Positions 37,594 to 50,019 are shown, counted from the whole stretch's first letter. The stretch is 63,294 bases of DNA, filler included, from Octopus bimaculoides (GCF_001194135.2; 5 parts of 5 records of this genome joined end to end with filler, not necessarily neighbours in it), one strand, 5' to 3'. Notes: a model not told the origin generated them from the sequence alone. Numbers and translations are program-made.

Positions 37594-38880
37594 CTAGAAA
37601 AAAAAAAAAAAAAAAAATTTCAAAATATATATATATATAAAACAACACAAAAGATATTCTTATATTTCAGGATGGTCATTTTTTTTTTGTGCCAAATAAA
37701 GACATGTACGATATATTCATTCTTCACTTATTATTCATTATTGTTCTTATTTTATTTCATGTCCATCATCTGGAAATCTTTTGTTACACATCTGTGACCT
37801 CTTCAGTGATCCTTTTACTTCATGTGTATCCTCCTGCTCCACCTAGTCCATTCTGTGCATGTGTTTATTTGGCTTAAAAAAATGAAAAAAAATGACCCTC
37901 CTGAAATATAACAATATTTGTTTCAACACATNNNNNNNNNNNNNNNNNNNNNNNNNNNNNNNNNNNNNNNNNNNNNNNNNNNNNNNNNNNNNNNNNNNNN
38001 NNNNNNNNNNNNNNNNNNNNNNNNNNNNNNNNNNNNNNNNNNNNNNNNNNNNNNNNNNNNNNNNNNNNNNNNNNNNNNNNNNNNNNNNNNNNNNNNNNNN
38101 NNNNNNNNNNNNNNNNNNNNNNNNNNNNNNNNNNNNNNNNNNNNNNNNNNNNNNNNNNNNNNNNNNNNNNNNNNNNNNNNNNNNNNNNNNNNNNNNNNNN
38201 NNNNNNNNNNNNNNNNNNNNNNNNNNNNNNNNNNNNNNNNNNNNNNNNNNNNNNNNNNNNNNNNNNNNNNNNNNNNNNNNNNNNNNNNNNNNNNNNNNNN
38301 NNNNNNNNNNNNNNNNNNNNNNNNNNNNNNNNNNNNNNNNNNNNNNNNNNNNNNNNNNNNNNNNNNNNNNNNNNNNNNNNNNNNNNNNNNNNNNNNNNNN
38401 NNNNNNNNNNNNNNNNNNNNNNNNNNNNNNNNNNNNNNNNNNNNNNNNNNNNNNNNNNNNNNNNNNNNNNNNNNNNNNNNNNNNNNNNNNNNNNNNNNNN
38501 NNNNNNNNNNNNNNNNNNNNNNNNNNNNNNNNNNNNNNNNNNNNNNNNNNNNNNNNNNNNNNNNNNNNNNNNNNNNNNNNNNNNNNNNNNNNNNNNNNNN
38601 NNNNNNNNNNNNNNNNNNNNNNNNNNNNNNNNNNNNNNNNNNNNNNNNNNNNNNNNNNNNNNNNNNNNNNNNNNNNNNNNNNNNNNNNNNNNNNNNNNNN
38701 NNNNNNNNNNNNNNNNNNNNNNNNNNNNNNNNNNNNNNNNNNNNNNNNNNNNNNNNNNNNNNNNNNNNNNNNNNNNNNNNNNNNNNNNNNNNNNNNNNNN
38801 NNNNNNNNNNNNNNNNNNNNNNNNNNNNNNNNNNNNNNNNNNNNNNNNNNNNNNNNNNNNNNNNNNNNNNNNNNNNNNNN

Positions 38881-39176
38881 TAGTACTTATTCTATCAGTC
38901 TCTTTTGTTGAACTGCTAAGTTATGAGAATATAAACACACCAACACCAGTTGTCAAGCAGAGGTGGGGGACAAACACAGACACAAAGAGACAAAGACACA
39001 CATGTGCACACACACACACACACACACACATGACAGGCTTCTTTCAGTTTCCATCTACCAAATCCACTCACAAGGCTTTGGTTGGACTGAGGCTATAGTA
39101 GAAGACACTTGCATGAGGTACCATGCAGTGGGACTGAACTCAGAACCATGTGGTTGGGAAGCAAGCTTTATACTAC
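38881..39176 (-). mobile_element. SINE family C
   Basis: Homology to 43324-43740. Confidence 0.85.
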
Positions 39177-39289
39177 TACTTGTATGTTTATTATGACTGA
39201 ATGGTCGATGAGAGAAAATCAGTCACTAGTAATACTGACAGATTTATTACAAAGCTATGGCTTTCTAATTAGCTCAAGGACAAAACACC

Positions 39290-39480
39290 CAGTATATTCT
39301 GTAAAGTGATTGGTGTTCAGCAAAGCATTCAGCTGAAGAAACCACGAGTAAGCAGACACTGGAGCATGATGCAGTCCTCGGGCACACCAGATCCTATCAA
39401 ACTGTCCAACCCATATCAGCATGAAAACATGGAGGTTAAATGATGATAATGATGATGATGATGATAATGATGATGATGAT
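39290..39480 (+). mobile_element. SINE tail type D ending in (GAT)n
   Basis: GTCCAACCCATATCAGCATGAAAACATGGAGGTTAAATGATGAT. Confidence 0.7.
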
Positions 39481-40351
39481 GGTATACATAGATATACATA
39501 TATATATATATGTATATATACATATATANNNNNNNNNNNNNNNNNNNNNNNNNNNNNNNNNNNNNNNNNNNNNNNNNNNNNNNNNNNNNNNNNNNNNNNN
39601 NNNNNNNNNNNNNNNNNNNNNNNNNNNNNNNNNNNNNNNNNNNNNNNNNNNNNNNNNNNNNNNNNNNNNNNNNNNNNNNNNNNNNNNNNNNNNNNNNNNN
39701 NNNNNNNNNNNNNNNNNNNNNNNNNNNNNNNNNNNNNNNNNNNNNNNNNNNNNNNNNNNNNNNNNNNNNNNNNNNNNNNNNNNNNNNNNNNNNNNNNNNN
39801 NNNNNNNNNNNNNNNNNNNNNNNNNNNNNNNNNNNNNNNNNNNNNNNNNNNNNNNNNNNNNNNNNNNNNNNNNNNNNNNNNNNNNNNNNNNNNNNNNNNN
39901 NNNNNNNNNNNNNNNNNNNNNNNNNNNNNNNNNNNNNNNNNNNNNNNNNNNNNNNNNNNNNNNNNNNNNNNNNNNNNNNNNNNNNNNNNNNNNNNNNNNN
40001 NNNNNNNNNNNNNNNNNNNNNNNNNNNNNNNNNNNNNNNNNNNNNNNNNNNNNNNNNNNNNNNNNNNNNNNNNNNNNNNNNNNNNNNNNNNNNNNNNNNN
40101 NNNNNNNNNNNNNNNNNNNNNNNNNNNNNNNNNNNNNNNNNNNNNNNNNNNNNNNNNNNNNNNNNNNNNNNNNNNNNNNNNNNNNNNNNNNNNNNNNNNN
40201 NNNNNNNNNNNNNNNNNNNNNNNNNNNNNNNNNNNNNNNNNNNNNNNNNNNNNNNNNNNNNNNNNNNNNNNNNNNNNNNNNNNNNNNNNNNNNNNNNNNN
40301 NNNNNNNNNNNNNNNNNNNNNNNNNNNNNNNNNNNNNNNNNNNNNNNNNNN

Positions 40352-40398
<47 letters not shown>

Positions 40399-41101
40399 AC
40401 ATCACAAAAATAAATAGACACCTCTCAATGTACTGATTTATCTGTGTGGACACTACTCATTAGTATGATGCTGAAATAGGTGTTAAATAATTAACAACTG
40501 CACAAGTCATGTGTCTCCTAAATACTAGATTAAGTATTTAAATGCCAATGAAATGACATTATTTTGTTTTTGTAAATAAAATCTTTCATAAGGAAAAGAA
40601 GGAAAAAAAAATGAAGATGTCTATTTACTTTCAGATGTCTGCGTGAGAGTATACACATTCACACACACATGCATGGAATACAGATACTGCACCCACACAC
40701 ATTCATATTTGTATGTTTTTATGTCTATGTGTGTGTGTGTATCTGAATGACCACATAAAGGCTTCTCTCGTTAGTTTGCGTGTTTGTGAGATTAAGATGT
40801 TAAGAGTATTAGTATGTATGTAAGGTTAAGACATAATAGATATATGTGTCACTTTGTGAGGTTAAGGCATAAGAATACATGCATGTATATGTGTGTATAC
40901 ATTTGTGACATTAAAATATGGTGATAGGTGTGTATATGTTTAATATCAAGATGTCAGAATATATGTGTGTGTGTGAGATTAAGTTGAGTTATATGTGGAG
41001 GTTAACTTGTGAGAGTATGTGTGTACGTGTGCATTTGGTTATGGTTTAAGAATGTGTGAGCATTGTGTTAGGTTATGACGTGAGGGTATATGTGTGTGCA
41101 T

Positions 41102-41137
<36 letters not shown>

Positions 41138-41237
41138 TTGGGTGGGTGGGTTTTTGTGTGCATATGCGTTTGGTTATGATTTGAGGATGTGTGAAATTAT
41201 GATGTAAGTATATATATGTATGTGCATGTATGCATGT

Positions 41238-41271
<34 letters not shown>

Positions 41272-41827
41272 ATGAGTGTATGTGGGTGCGTATGCGTTTG
41301 GTTATGATTTGAGGATGTGTGAAGTTATGATGTGTGGATATATATGTATGTGTGTATGTATGTGCATGTATTCATGTGTGTGCTCACGTGCATGTGTGCA
41401 TGTGTGGATGAGGTTAAGATACTTGACTACTGACAGCACAAAGGTAGTAAGTTCGGATTTAACTACAGCCATCGTACTGTGCCAGGGTAAAGACACTTTC
41501 TGATTGGGTAGTAAGTGTTAGGAAGGACATCAACTGTAAAATAAGAAAATCTACTTTAACAAATATCAAACACCCCACGCATGCAACCATGGAAGGATGG
41601 ATGGATGTTTGTATGCAACTGGAGAAGTATATGAAGAGGCTGATATGGGAAGGTAGAGCACATCTATGTTTGGATTAGAAGTTAGTCAAGGCAGAAGGCA
41701 GAAATGTCCATGATGTTTGCAGAGATTGATGCAGCTGATGCTAATTCTGAATACGTCTGTAGGTCAACACCAGCAGGAAAATGTGGCTAAGGAAGGAACT
41801 GATTATGCATGTGTGTGTTTGTGTGCG

Positions 41828-41881
<54 letters not shown>

Positions 41882-42537
41882 TCTGGTTGAAGTAGAATCT
41901 GCTAAAGACACAGTGATGTTACTAGGTTGTAGTATGTGTGGAATAGATAGATTGATAGCTAGATGGATGGATGGATGGATGGACAGAGAGATAGCTGGGT
42001 GAATGGATGAATGGGTAGCGTTGATTGATAGATGGATAGATCGATAAATAGATAGAGAGATAGCTAGATAGATAGACAGACAAACAGATGGACAGAGAGA
42101 CAGATGGATGAACGGGCTGAGGGATAAGATAGACAGACAGACAGACAGCTAGAGTGATAGATAGATTAATTGATCGATAGATAGATAGATAAATTGATAG
42201 ATAGATAGATAGGTATATATAGATAGACAGATAAGCAGACAGACAGACAGACAGATAAGTAGACAGACAGACACACATAGATAAATAGAAAGAGAGAAAG
42301 TGAGAGAGAGAGTATATGTATGAATGTGTGAACAAGTGATTGTGTGTGTACATAAATTATTTTTTTTTTTTATAGATGGAATATATCAATCTCTAAAAAA
42401 AATTTTAGGGTCTTTGATTTTTTTTTTCGTCTTTAAAGCTTTTAAAACTTTCTTCCTGCTCATGTTTTTACCTGCATAGAGACTAAAGCATAAAAATTTT
42501 AAAAAAATAAAAAGTAAGTTAAAATATAACTACTTAC

Positions 42538-42613
42538 CAGTTTCAAAACTTGATGAAGTTGTGTATACAGGTGGGGTCCACTCAGATTTTGAAGGAAAAA
42601 TAGACCCATCGTT
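42538..42613 (-). CDS. Internal exon, 76 nt, phase 0-1 (NDGSIFPSKSEWTPPVYTTSSSFET)
   Basis: Acceptor ttttcttttctctgtctttctatag, donor CTG|gtaagt; in phase with neighbouring exons. Confidence 0.7.
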
Positions 42614-43089
42614 CTATAGAAAGACAGAGAAAAGAAAATCATTTAATTTTTCAATAGATGCTCTTTTCCATAACAGCTGTTGTTAGTGCTGTTGTTTAGC
42701 TCAAGGTGAGCCCTGGTTGATCCAATTTATGACTGAATGTGTCTTGTCCTTACAGCTTCCATTTTGAGAAGGGTCATCAATTAAGAGGATGGAACAGATG
42801 AGGACATAAAACAAGGACTGGGAAAGTTATAGCTGCCTTCAGGATGTTCTGACCCATCTTTACTGTAATCTTTACTCAAGCTGTGGAATTGTAAACATCA
42901 TAGAACATTCTAATTTCATTCTTGTACACTCAGTGAGTTTATTCCCTTCTCTGCTTGACTTCTATGACACTAACAATATTGTAAAGACAACAGTTTAATA
43001 TCAATTAATATTACTTACGATTAAGCCAAGGTAATCACAGATGTTGTCAATAAACACAAAACTGACTCTTTAATATAAATATGAAGAAG

Positions 43090-43488
43090 GTTCTGCTGTA
43101 TGCGTGTGAAACATGGTGAGTCACAAAATTCTCCATTGAAAAGCTCGAAACATTTGTGAATAAATGTCTCTGAAACATCTGTCAGGTGAAACAGCGAAAC
43201 AATGAGATAGACTCACAAAGAAAGCCGCGTGAGAACAGGCAAACCAGTAACATATCGAAACCCAAATAAAGATGTGGAAATGTGGTTGGTTGGAACACAC
43301 CTTACTGAAATTTGTTTCCAATAGGCGCAGGAGTGGCTGTGTGGTAAGTAGCTTGCTTACCAACCACATGGTTCCGGGTTCATTCCCACTGCGTGGCACC
43401 TTGGGCAAGTGTCTTCCACTATAGCCTCGGGCCGACCAAAGCCTTGTGAGTGGATTTGGTAGACGGAAACTGAAAGAAGCCCATCATA

Positions 43489-43537
<49 letters not shown>

Positions 43538-43945
43538 GTTTGTGTGCCTGTGTTTGTCCCCCCCAACATTGCTTGACAACCGATGCCAGTGTGTTTACGT
43601 CCCCGTAAATTAGCGGTTCGGCAAAAGAGACCGATAGAATAAGTACTAGGCTTCCAAAGAATAAGTCCTGGGGTTGATTTGCTCGACTAAAGGCGGTGCT
43701 CCAGCATGGCCGCAGTCAAATGACTGAAACAAATAAAAGAATATTACAAGGCAAGACTTCCGATGGACACCTCAAGGAAGACAGAAGTGCACAAGCATCA
43801 GAACCAAAATTGCATGAAGAAAGTTCACAGACGCACTGGCAGATGGCTACACATGGTGATAACTGCAATCCATTGCCAAAGATGAAGACAGGCGGAGATA
43901 TCTTGTTGGCACCCTTATGCCCCACATGGAGTTAAGGCAATTAAG
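43090..43945 (+). mobile_element. RTE-clade LINE 3' fragment interrupted by a SINE
   Basis: VLLYACETW*VTKFSIEKLETFVNKCL / IETQIKMWKCGWLEHTLLK before the SINE; NITRQDFRWTPQG...LCPTWS* after it. Confidence 0.8.
43324..43740 (+). mobile_element. Full-length SINE family C (OK-like)
   Basis: GGCGCAGGAGTGGCTGTGTGGTAAG head, B-box-like GGTTCATTCCC, CCTTGGGCAAGT core, tail GGCCGCAGTCAAATGACTGAAAC. Confidence 0.92.
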
Positions 43946-44213
43946 AGAGAGAGAGAGACAAAGAAAAAGAGAGAGGGGGAGGGAGGAAGAGAGAGAAAGA
44001 GGGGAGGGAGGGAGAGAGAGATAGAGAAAAAGAGAGAATGAGAATTTATTTTGAACTACATTAACCATCATGCCATAATAGGATAAGTAATAGGCTTATG
44101 AAGAATAAGTCCTGAGGTCATTTTCTTTGACTAAAACCCTTCAAGGTGGTGCTCCAGTATGGCTGCAGTCAAATGACTGAAACAAGTATATAAATATATT
44201 TTGTTGTACTTAC

Positions 44214-44317
44214 CTGACGGAGGTTAAAAGGTGATGATGAATACTTATATTCGCTACAGGTGGGCAAGTGAATCTTTTTCATGCTTGCATTTTTAGGGCA
44301 GGCACAAGTACTGAATT
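44214..44317 (-). CDS. Internal exon, 104 nt, phase 1-0 (EFSTCACPKNASMKKIHLPTCSEYKYSSSPFNLRQ)
   Basis: Acceptor tttctttcttttactttccag, donor CAG|gtaagt; frame open and in phase on both sides. Confidence 0.75.
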
Positions 44318-44431
44318 CTGGAAAGTAAAAGAAAGAAATATATAAATCAAAATAAAAAGGTGTAGGCACAGATGTGTAGTAACAAGTTTGTTTCCCAACC
44401 ATAAGGTTTCATGTTCAATCCCACTGCATGG

Positions 44432-44813
44432 TGGAGGCGCAATGGCTCAGTGGTTAGGGCAGCAGACTCGCAGTCATAGAATCACGGTTTTGATTCCCAG
44501 ACCGGGCGTTGTGAGTGTTTATTGAGCGAAAACACCTAAAACTCCACGAGGCTCTGGAGGGGATGGTGGCAAACCCTGCTGTACTCTTTCACCACAACTT
44601 TCTCTCACTCTTACTTCCTGTTTCTGTTGTGCCTGTAATGCAAAAGGGTCAGCCTTGTCACACTGTGTCATGCTGAATATCCCCGAGAACTACGTTAAGG
44701 GTACACGTGTCTGTGGAGTGCTCAGCCACTTGCACATTAATTTCACGAGCAGGCTGTTCCGTTGATCGGATCAACTGGAACCCTCGACATCGTAAGTGAC
44801 TGAGTGCCAACAA
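44432..44813 (+). mobile_element. Full-length OR1-like SINE inserted into a family C SINE, 12-bp TSD
   Basis: TSD CCCACTGCATGG at 44420-44431 and 44814-44825; tRNA-like head GGAGGCGCAATGGCTCAGTGGTTAG. Confidence 0.92.
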
Positions 44814-44922
44814 CCCACTGCATGGCACCTTGGGCAAGCATTTTGTCAATAACAGAATGGAGGTATATGCCACTGGATTTACTTCAGGAATTCTTTTGTG
44901 TCTGTAGAGTTTATAAAAAAAT

Positions 44923-45156
44923 ATGAGAGAAAGAAAATGGAATTCACAAGACTCTTTATTCAGAACCACTACAATCACTTCAGCCCATCATGCAGTACTT
45001 TTTCGAAAAGTCACCTAAGGAGATGCATCTGCACCAATCATGCATCACAGCTGTTTGTACAGCACCTTGCCTGCAAAATACAGGTGCATAATGAGTCAAA
45101 ATGATTGCAGTGGCTCTGAATAAAGAATCTCATGAATTCCATTTCCTTTCTCTCAT
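44923..45156. mobile_element. Fold-back element / MITE with ~55-bp imperfect TIRs
   Basis: 44923-44977 pairs with 45102-45156 (ATGAGAGAAAGAAAATGGAATTCA / TGAATTCCATTTCCTTTCTCTCAT). Confidence 0.7.
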
Positions 45157-45180
45157 TGTTTACACAAATACACATATATG

Positions 45181-45211
<31 letters not shown>

Positions 45212-45311
45212 NNNNNNNNNNNNNNNNNNNNNNNNNNNNNNNNNNNNNNNNNNNNTTAATTAATTAANNNNNNNNNNNNNNNNNNNNNNNNNNNNNNNNN
45301 NNNNNNNNNNN

Positions 45312-45690
45312 GATGGGGAAGAGGAGGAGGAGGAAGCGGTGGAAGAGTGGAGGAGAAGGAGTGGAGGAGGAGGAGTGGAGGAGGAGGATGCTGATGATGA
45401 TGATGATGGTGAAGATGATGAAGATGATGAGGATGATGATGATGTTGATGACGAAGACGACGATGATGATGAGAGGGAGAAGGAAGAGGAGAAGGAGGAG
45501 GATGGCAATGATGATGGCTGTAGTCCCTGCATTGAAAGTGGTGGCGTCAGCAGTGGTGATGATGATGAGGACGATGATGATGATGATGAGGATGATGACA
45601 AAAACGACGACGGTGATGATGACAAAGACAATGAGAGTGATGATGATGATGATGACGACAACATTGATGGTGGTAGTGGCAATGATGGTT
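45312..45690. repeat. (GAG/GAT)n compound trinucleotide array
   Basis: Direct inspection. Confidence 0.85.
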
Positions 45691-45742
45691 TCTTCCATTG
45701 GGTGCAAGACCACGTTTCTTGTAACAAGAGGAAGCATGCATG

Positions 45743-45780
<38 letters not shown>

Positions 45781-46179
45781 GAGGGTGATAAGATCAGTCT
45801 GAACACCACAACATACCAGCTTATCTATAGTTTATCTTACAACTTCTATAACATCACAAATTAAAACTGACTCCTCAGGTCGTTTTCAATACAGAATATA
45901 AAGATACAAGACTAAAAACACTAAAAGACATTTAGTCCAACATTTACCAATTCCGTAGCCTTCGAATAAAATACTTCATGAGATTTAATTCCATTGAGAT
46001 GTTGAGATGGTGGATTGACAGTATTGGTAGAGCGACAAATGCCTTGGAATTTTAAGTTACTGCTTGTTCAGTTCTGAGTTCATATCACATTGAAGTTGAC
46101 TTCAACTTCTATAGATCCAGGGTAACTTAGAGACAGTACTAACCTAGTGTGGGTTCAATTAAACTTATGTTTTGTCCAT

Positions 46180-46335
46180 CTTTACATTCTGAGTTCAAAT
46201 TCCACTGAGGTCGACTTTGCCCTTCATCCTTTCAGGCTTAATAAAATAAGTACCAGTTACGCACTGGGGTCAATGTAATCGAATTATCCCCTCCCCAAAA
46301 TTTCTGCCCTTGTGGCAAAATTTGAAACCATTATT
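46180..46335 (+). mobile_element. SINE family A, partial
   Basis: CTGAGTTCAAATTCCACTGAGGTCGACTTTGCC. Confidence 0.85.
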
Positions 46336-46340
46336 ATAAT

Positions 46341-46704
46341 TATTACCTCTGCCTTCGCAAAGGTATTGTTTTCAGTCACATTTGTCTGTTTGTTTGTTTG
46401 TCCATGAACAAGATATCTCAAGAACCATTACATGCATTCGGATCAAACTTTCAGGGATGTTTGGCCTCATGACTGGCACAAACTGATCAGATTTTGGGAT
46501 CGATCTGATACCAGACAAGGATTTTAGATCATTTTTCCTATTTTTGTACTTAATTTTTGAGAATGGTTGGGTTCATTTTTAATACTCTCGTTTGTGTGAA
46601 CAGTCAATTTCATTTCAGATATTCTCATTTTAATAATCATCTTTGGCTAATCTTTGAGAAGACATGGGTGTTGCCTTGGTTTGTGCTCTCTGAGTGCTCT
46701 TGTT
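46341..46704 (+). mobile_element. HINE/DINE-1-like non-autonomous element
   Basis: TATTACCTCTGCCTTCGCAAAGGT start, (TTTG)n microsatellite, CAAGATATCTCAAGAACC, and end GTGCTCTCTGAGTGCTCTTGTT. Confidence 0.6.
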
Positions 46705-46893
46705 ATCATTATTATTATTATTATTATTATTATTTGCCTTTCATCCTTTCAGGGTTGATAAAATAAGTACCAGTGATACACTGGGGTAGATGTAATCGAC
46801 TCATCACCACATCCCCTAAGCTGTCCTTGTGGCAAAAATAATAGTAATAATAATAGTAATAATAATAATATGATTATTATTATTATTATTATG

Positions 46894-46943
<50 letters not shown>

Positions 46944-46967
46944 TCACATTATTATTATTATTATTAT

Positions 46968-47190
46968 GGTGGTGAGCTGGCAGAATCATTGTCATGCCAG
47001 GTAAAATGCTTAGCTGCATTTCGTCCATCCTTGCATCCTCGGTTTAAATTCCACCAAGGTTGACTTTACCTATCATGCTTTCGAGGTTGATGAAATAAGT
47101 ACCAGTTACGTACTGGAGGTCCATATAATTGGCTTGCCCCTTCCCCCACAATTTCAAGCCTTGTGCTTATAGTAGAAAAGATTATTATTA
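46968..47190 (+). mobile_element. SINE family A, CpG-decayed
   Basis: GGTGGTGAGCTGGCAGAATCATTGTCATGCCAGG versus GGCGGCGAGCTGGCAGAATCGTTACACGCCGGG at 5435. Confidence 0.85.
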
Positions 47191-47971
47191 TAATCCTTAT
47201 TATTATTTTGCATCCATATTTTGATCTATCATATAAAGAGACAAATATTCCAACAGTTCATCATACAAAACTCGATACCCAAGACTTTTAATTTCCTACC
47301 AGTGTATCAAACATGAAATTTAATCAAATACTTCAGTAACAGGTTTATTATACTCACTCTTTGCTATCTTATACACACAAATGATTTTCAAATCTTTACT
47401 TAGGTATTTCTGTTTCACCAGAAATAACAAAAACCTTTGAAAACACATGTAAGATATTCATTCAGAATTCTACGATTCAACTTCTGTATCACATGGGAGA
47501 TTGAAGCATTAAGATATCATACCATAAAATAAATAGATAATTATTTTTTTTTTATGTATTTTACACTGCTGCTCCAAAATTGAATGATTCCAAGATTCCA
47601 AGGTTCCAGGTTTCAAAGGTTCCAGGTTTCCAAGGTTAGGATTATGAATAACTTGCAGAGCAGAGGATTGCATCAGAACCTGATTTTGTAAATCATGAGG
47701 TCTTCAGTTTGATACACAGCATTACATTTTCAGAAAGAGCAAGGCCAGCACTAGAGTGTTCAGTGCCATAGGTGACACCAATAAAGTGTGCCCTCTTCTC
47801 CTGCTTATGACTGTTTGGTGAAAGCAATCAGGAGTAGTGGTTGATATAATGTAGGATGCAATATTTCGGCTGGAGTTTCTAATACTGCTAAAACATTGTT
47901 CAGACAACTGTTGCAATTCTTCATTAACAGTTTGGCATTTGAACTAGACATATCCAACCTCTCACACTTAC

Positions 47972-47984
47972 CTTCAATGTTATT
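47972..47984 (-). CDS. 13-nt microexon, phase 0-1 (NNIE)
   Basis: Acceptor ttgcttcttttttag, donor AAG|gtaagt; supplies exactly the phase needed between the 52088 and 44317 exons. Confidence 0.6.
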
Positions 47985-48140
47985 CTAAAAAAGAAGCAAT
48001 CAAATCATTGAAATCTCGTAGTTATGGGACAGGCTATGATTAATTCAAAACAATGTAAATAGGTGCAGGCATGGCTGTGTGATAAGAAGCTTTGTATCCA
48101 GCCACAGGGTTCTGGGTTCAGTCCCACTGCATTGTACCCT

Positions 48141-48492
48141 GGGCAAATGTCTTCTACTGTAGTCTCAGGCCAACCACAGCCTTTTGAGTGGATTTGATTG
48201 ATGGAAAGTCTGTGTGATTTTGAGTCCATTTTTGTCTCCCACCACTGCTTGACAACCAGAGTTGATGTGGTTAAGTCCTTGTAACTTAGCAGTTTGGCAA
48301 AAAAAACTGGTACTTATTCTATTGGTCTTTTTTTGCCAAACTGCTAAGTTACAGGGACATAACCACACCAACTTTGGTTGTCAAGCAGTGGTGGGAGACA
48401 AAAATGGACTCAAAGTCACACAGACTTTCCATCAATCAAATCCAATCAAAAGGCTTTGGTCGGCCCGAGACTACAGTAGAAGACATTTGCCC
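48141..48492. repeat. ~350-bp palindrome (inverted duplication of a SINE C segment)
   Basis: Arms 48141-48306 and 48328-48492 are near-complementary; 21-nt spacer. Confidence 0.92.
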
Positions 48493-48615
48493 TGAGTGGA
48501 ATATATATATATATATATACATATATATCATTATCATCATGATCGTTTAACGTCCGCTTTCCATGCTAGCATGGGTGGGACAATTTGACTGAGGACTGGT
48601 GAACCGGATGGCAAC

Positions 48616-48716
48616 ACCAGACTCCAATCTAAATTTGGCAGAGTTTCTACAGCTGGATGCCCTTCCTAATGCCAACCAGCTGTAGAAACTCTGCCAAATT
48701 TAGATTGGAGCCTGGT
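48616..48716. repeat. 41-bp-arm inverted duplication in a type D SINE tail
   Basis: ACCAGACTCCAATCTAAATTTGGCAGAGTTTCTACAGCTGG pairs with CCAGCTGTAGAAACTCTGCCAAATTTAGATTGGAGCCTGGT (1 mismatch). Confidence 0.92.
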
Positions 48717-49138
48717 ATATATATGTATGTATGTATATACAGAAAATGACAGACAGACACACAGACAGACAGACAGTCAGAGACAGAGAGACAAAGAGGG
48801 AAGGAGGAAATGAGAGCCATAACCATTTTTCTATATTAGTAAACATGCTGAAAATGTAACCATAATTCCTAGCTAAGTATTTAAGAGATCCTTATTGATG
48901 TGAATGTTTAGCTTAAAATTATGTCATTAATGAGTGGAACAGAGATGTTTTATACATCAATAAATAATTGCAAATTACTGAAATAAATTGCACTCTTCAT
49001 ACAGACTAATATTCAGTTTTTTGGGATGTGATTATGTACGGTTGTTTGCATGTATGTAACTAGGTACGTGCCCAAGTGAGTGCTTTATATATGTGTGTTT
49101 TTATATATATATATATGAATATATACAATGATACATTT

Positions 49139-49177
<39 letters not shown>

Positions 49178-49356
49178 TGCATACACTATTACATACATAT
49201 TTATATAAACACAGATATATATATGCATATTACATATATATTAGACACAGAATATATATATATATATATCATATATGCATCAATAGATATATAGATATAC
49301 ACATTAATACAAATATTTTATAAATATAAATATATATATATACATATATATATATA

Positions 49357-49404
<48 letters not shown>

Positions 49405-49544
49405 CGTTTGTGCATACATATCTTTTTCTGTATATATGTTTATATCCATATCTATCTTTCTACCTATTTATCTATCTGTCTATCTACATTTACACATATA
49501 TATGCACTCACACACACTCATATATTCTCTCTTTTCTCTTTGAC

Positions 49545-49933
49545 TCTTCTACTTGTTTCAGCCACTTGACTGTGGTCATGCTGGAGCACCGCCTTTAGTC
49601 GAGCAAATCGACCCCAGGACTTATTCTTTGTAAGCCTAGTACTTATTCTATAGGTCTCTTTTGCCGAAACACTTAATGACGGGGTCGTAAAGACACCAAC
49701 ATCGGTTGTCAAGCGATGTTGAAGGGACAAACACAGACACACAAACATATACACACACATACATATATACGGCAGGCTTCTTTCAGTTTCCGTTTACCAA
49801 ATCCACTCACAAGGCTTTGGTTGGCCCAAGGCTATAGCAGAAAACACTTGCCCAAGGTGCTACGCAGTGGGATTGAAGCCGGAACCATGTGGTTCATAAG
49901 CAAGCCCCTTACCACACTGCCACTCCTACACCT
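49545..49933 (-). mobile_element. Full-length SINE family C
   Basis: Reverse complement of the 43324-43740 type. Confidence 0.9.
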
Positions 49934-50019
49934 ATATATATATTATATATATGTGTGTGTGTGTGTGTATATGTACTCTGCAGCAGAAGTGTTAAGACTG
50001 ATAATTCTGGTGGTGTAAA

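Noticed and set aside
43130-43165. TTGAAAAGCTCGAAAC hammerhead-like string
   Set aside because: It lies in the RTE RT frame (IEKLETF) and has no stem I.
45313-45864. Highly acidic 149-aa ORF resembling a nucleolin or prothymosin tract
   Set aside because: A GAG/GAT repeat open in multiple frames that runs into a (GT)n microsatellite and begins at a gap.
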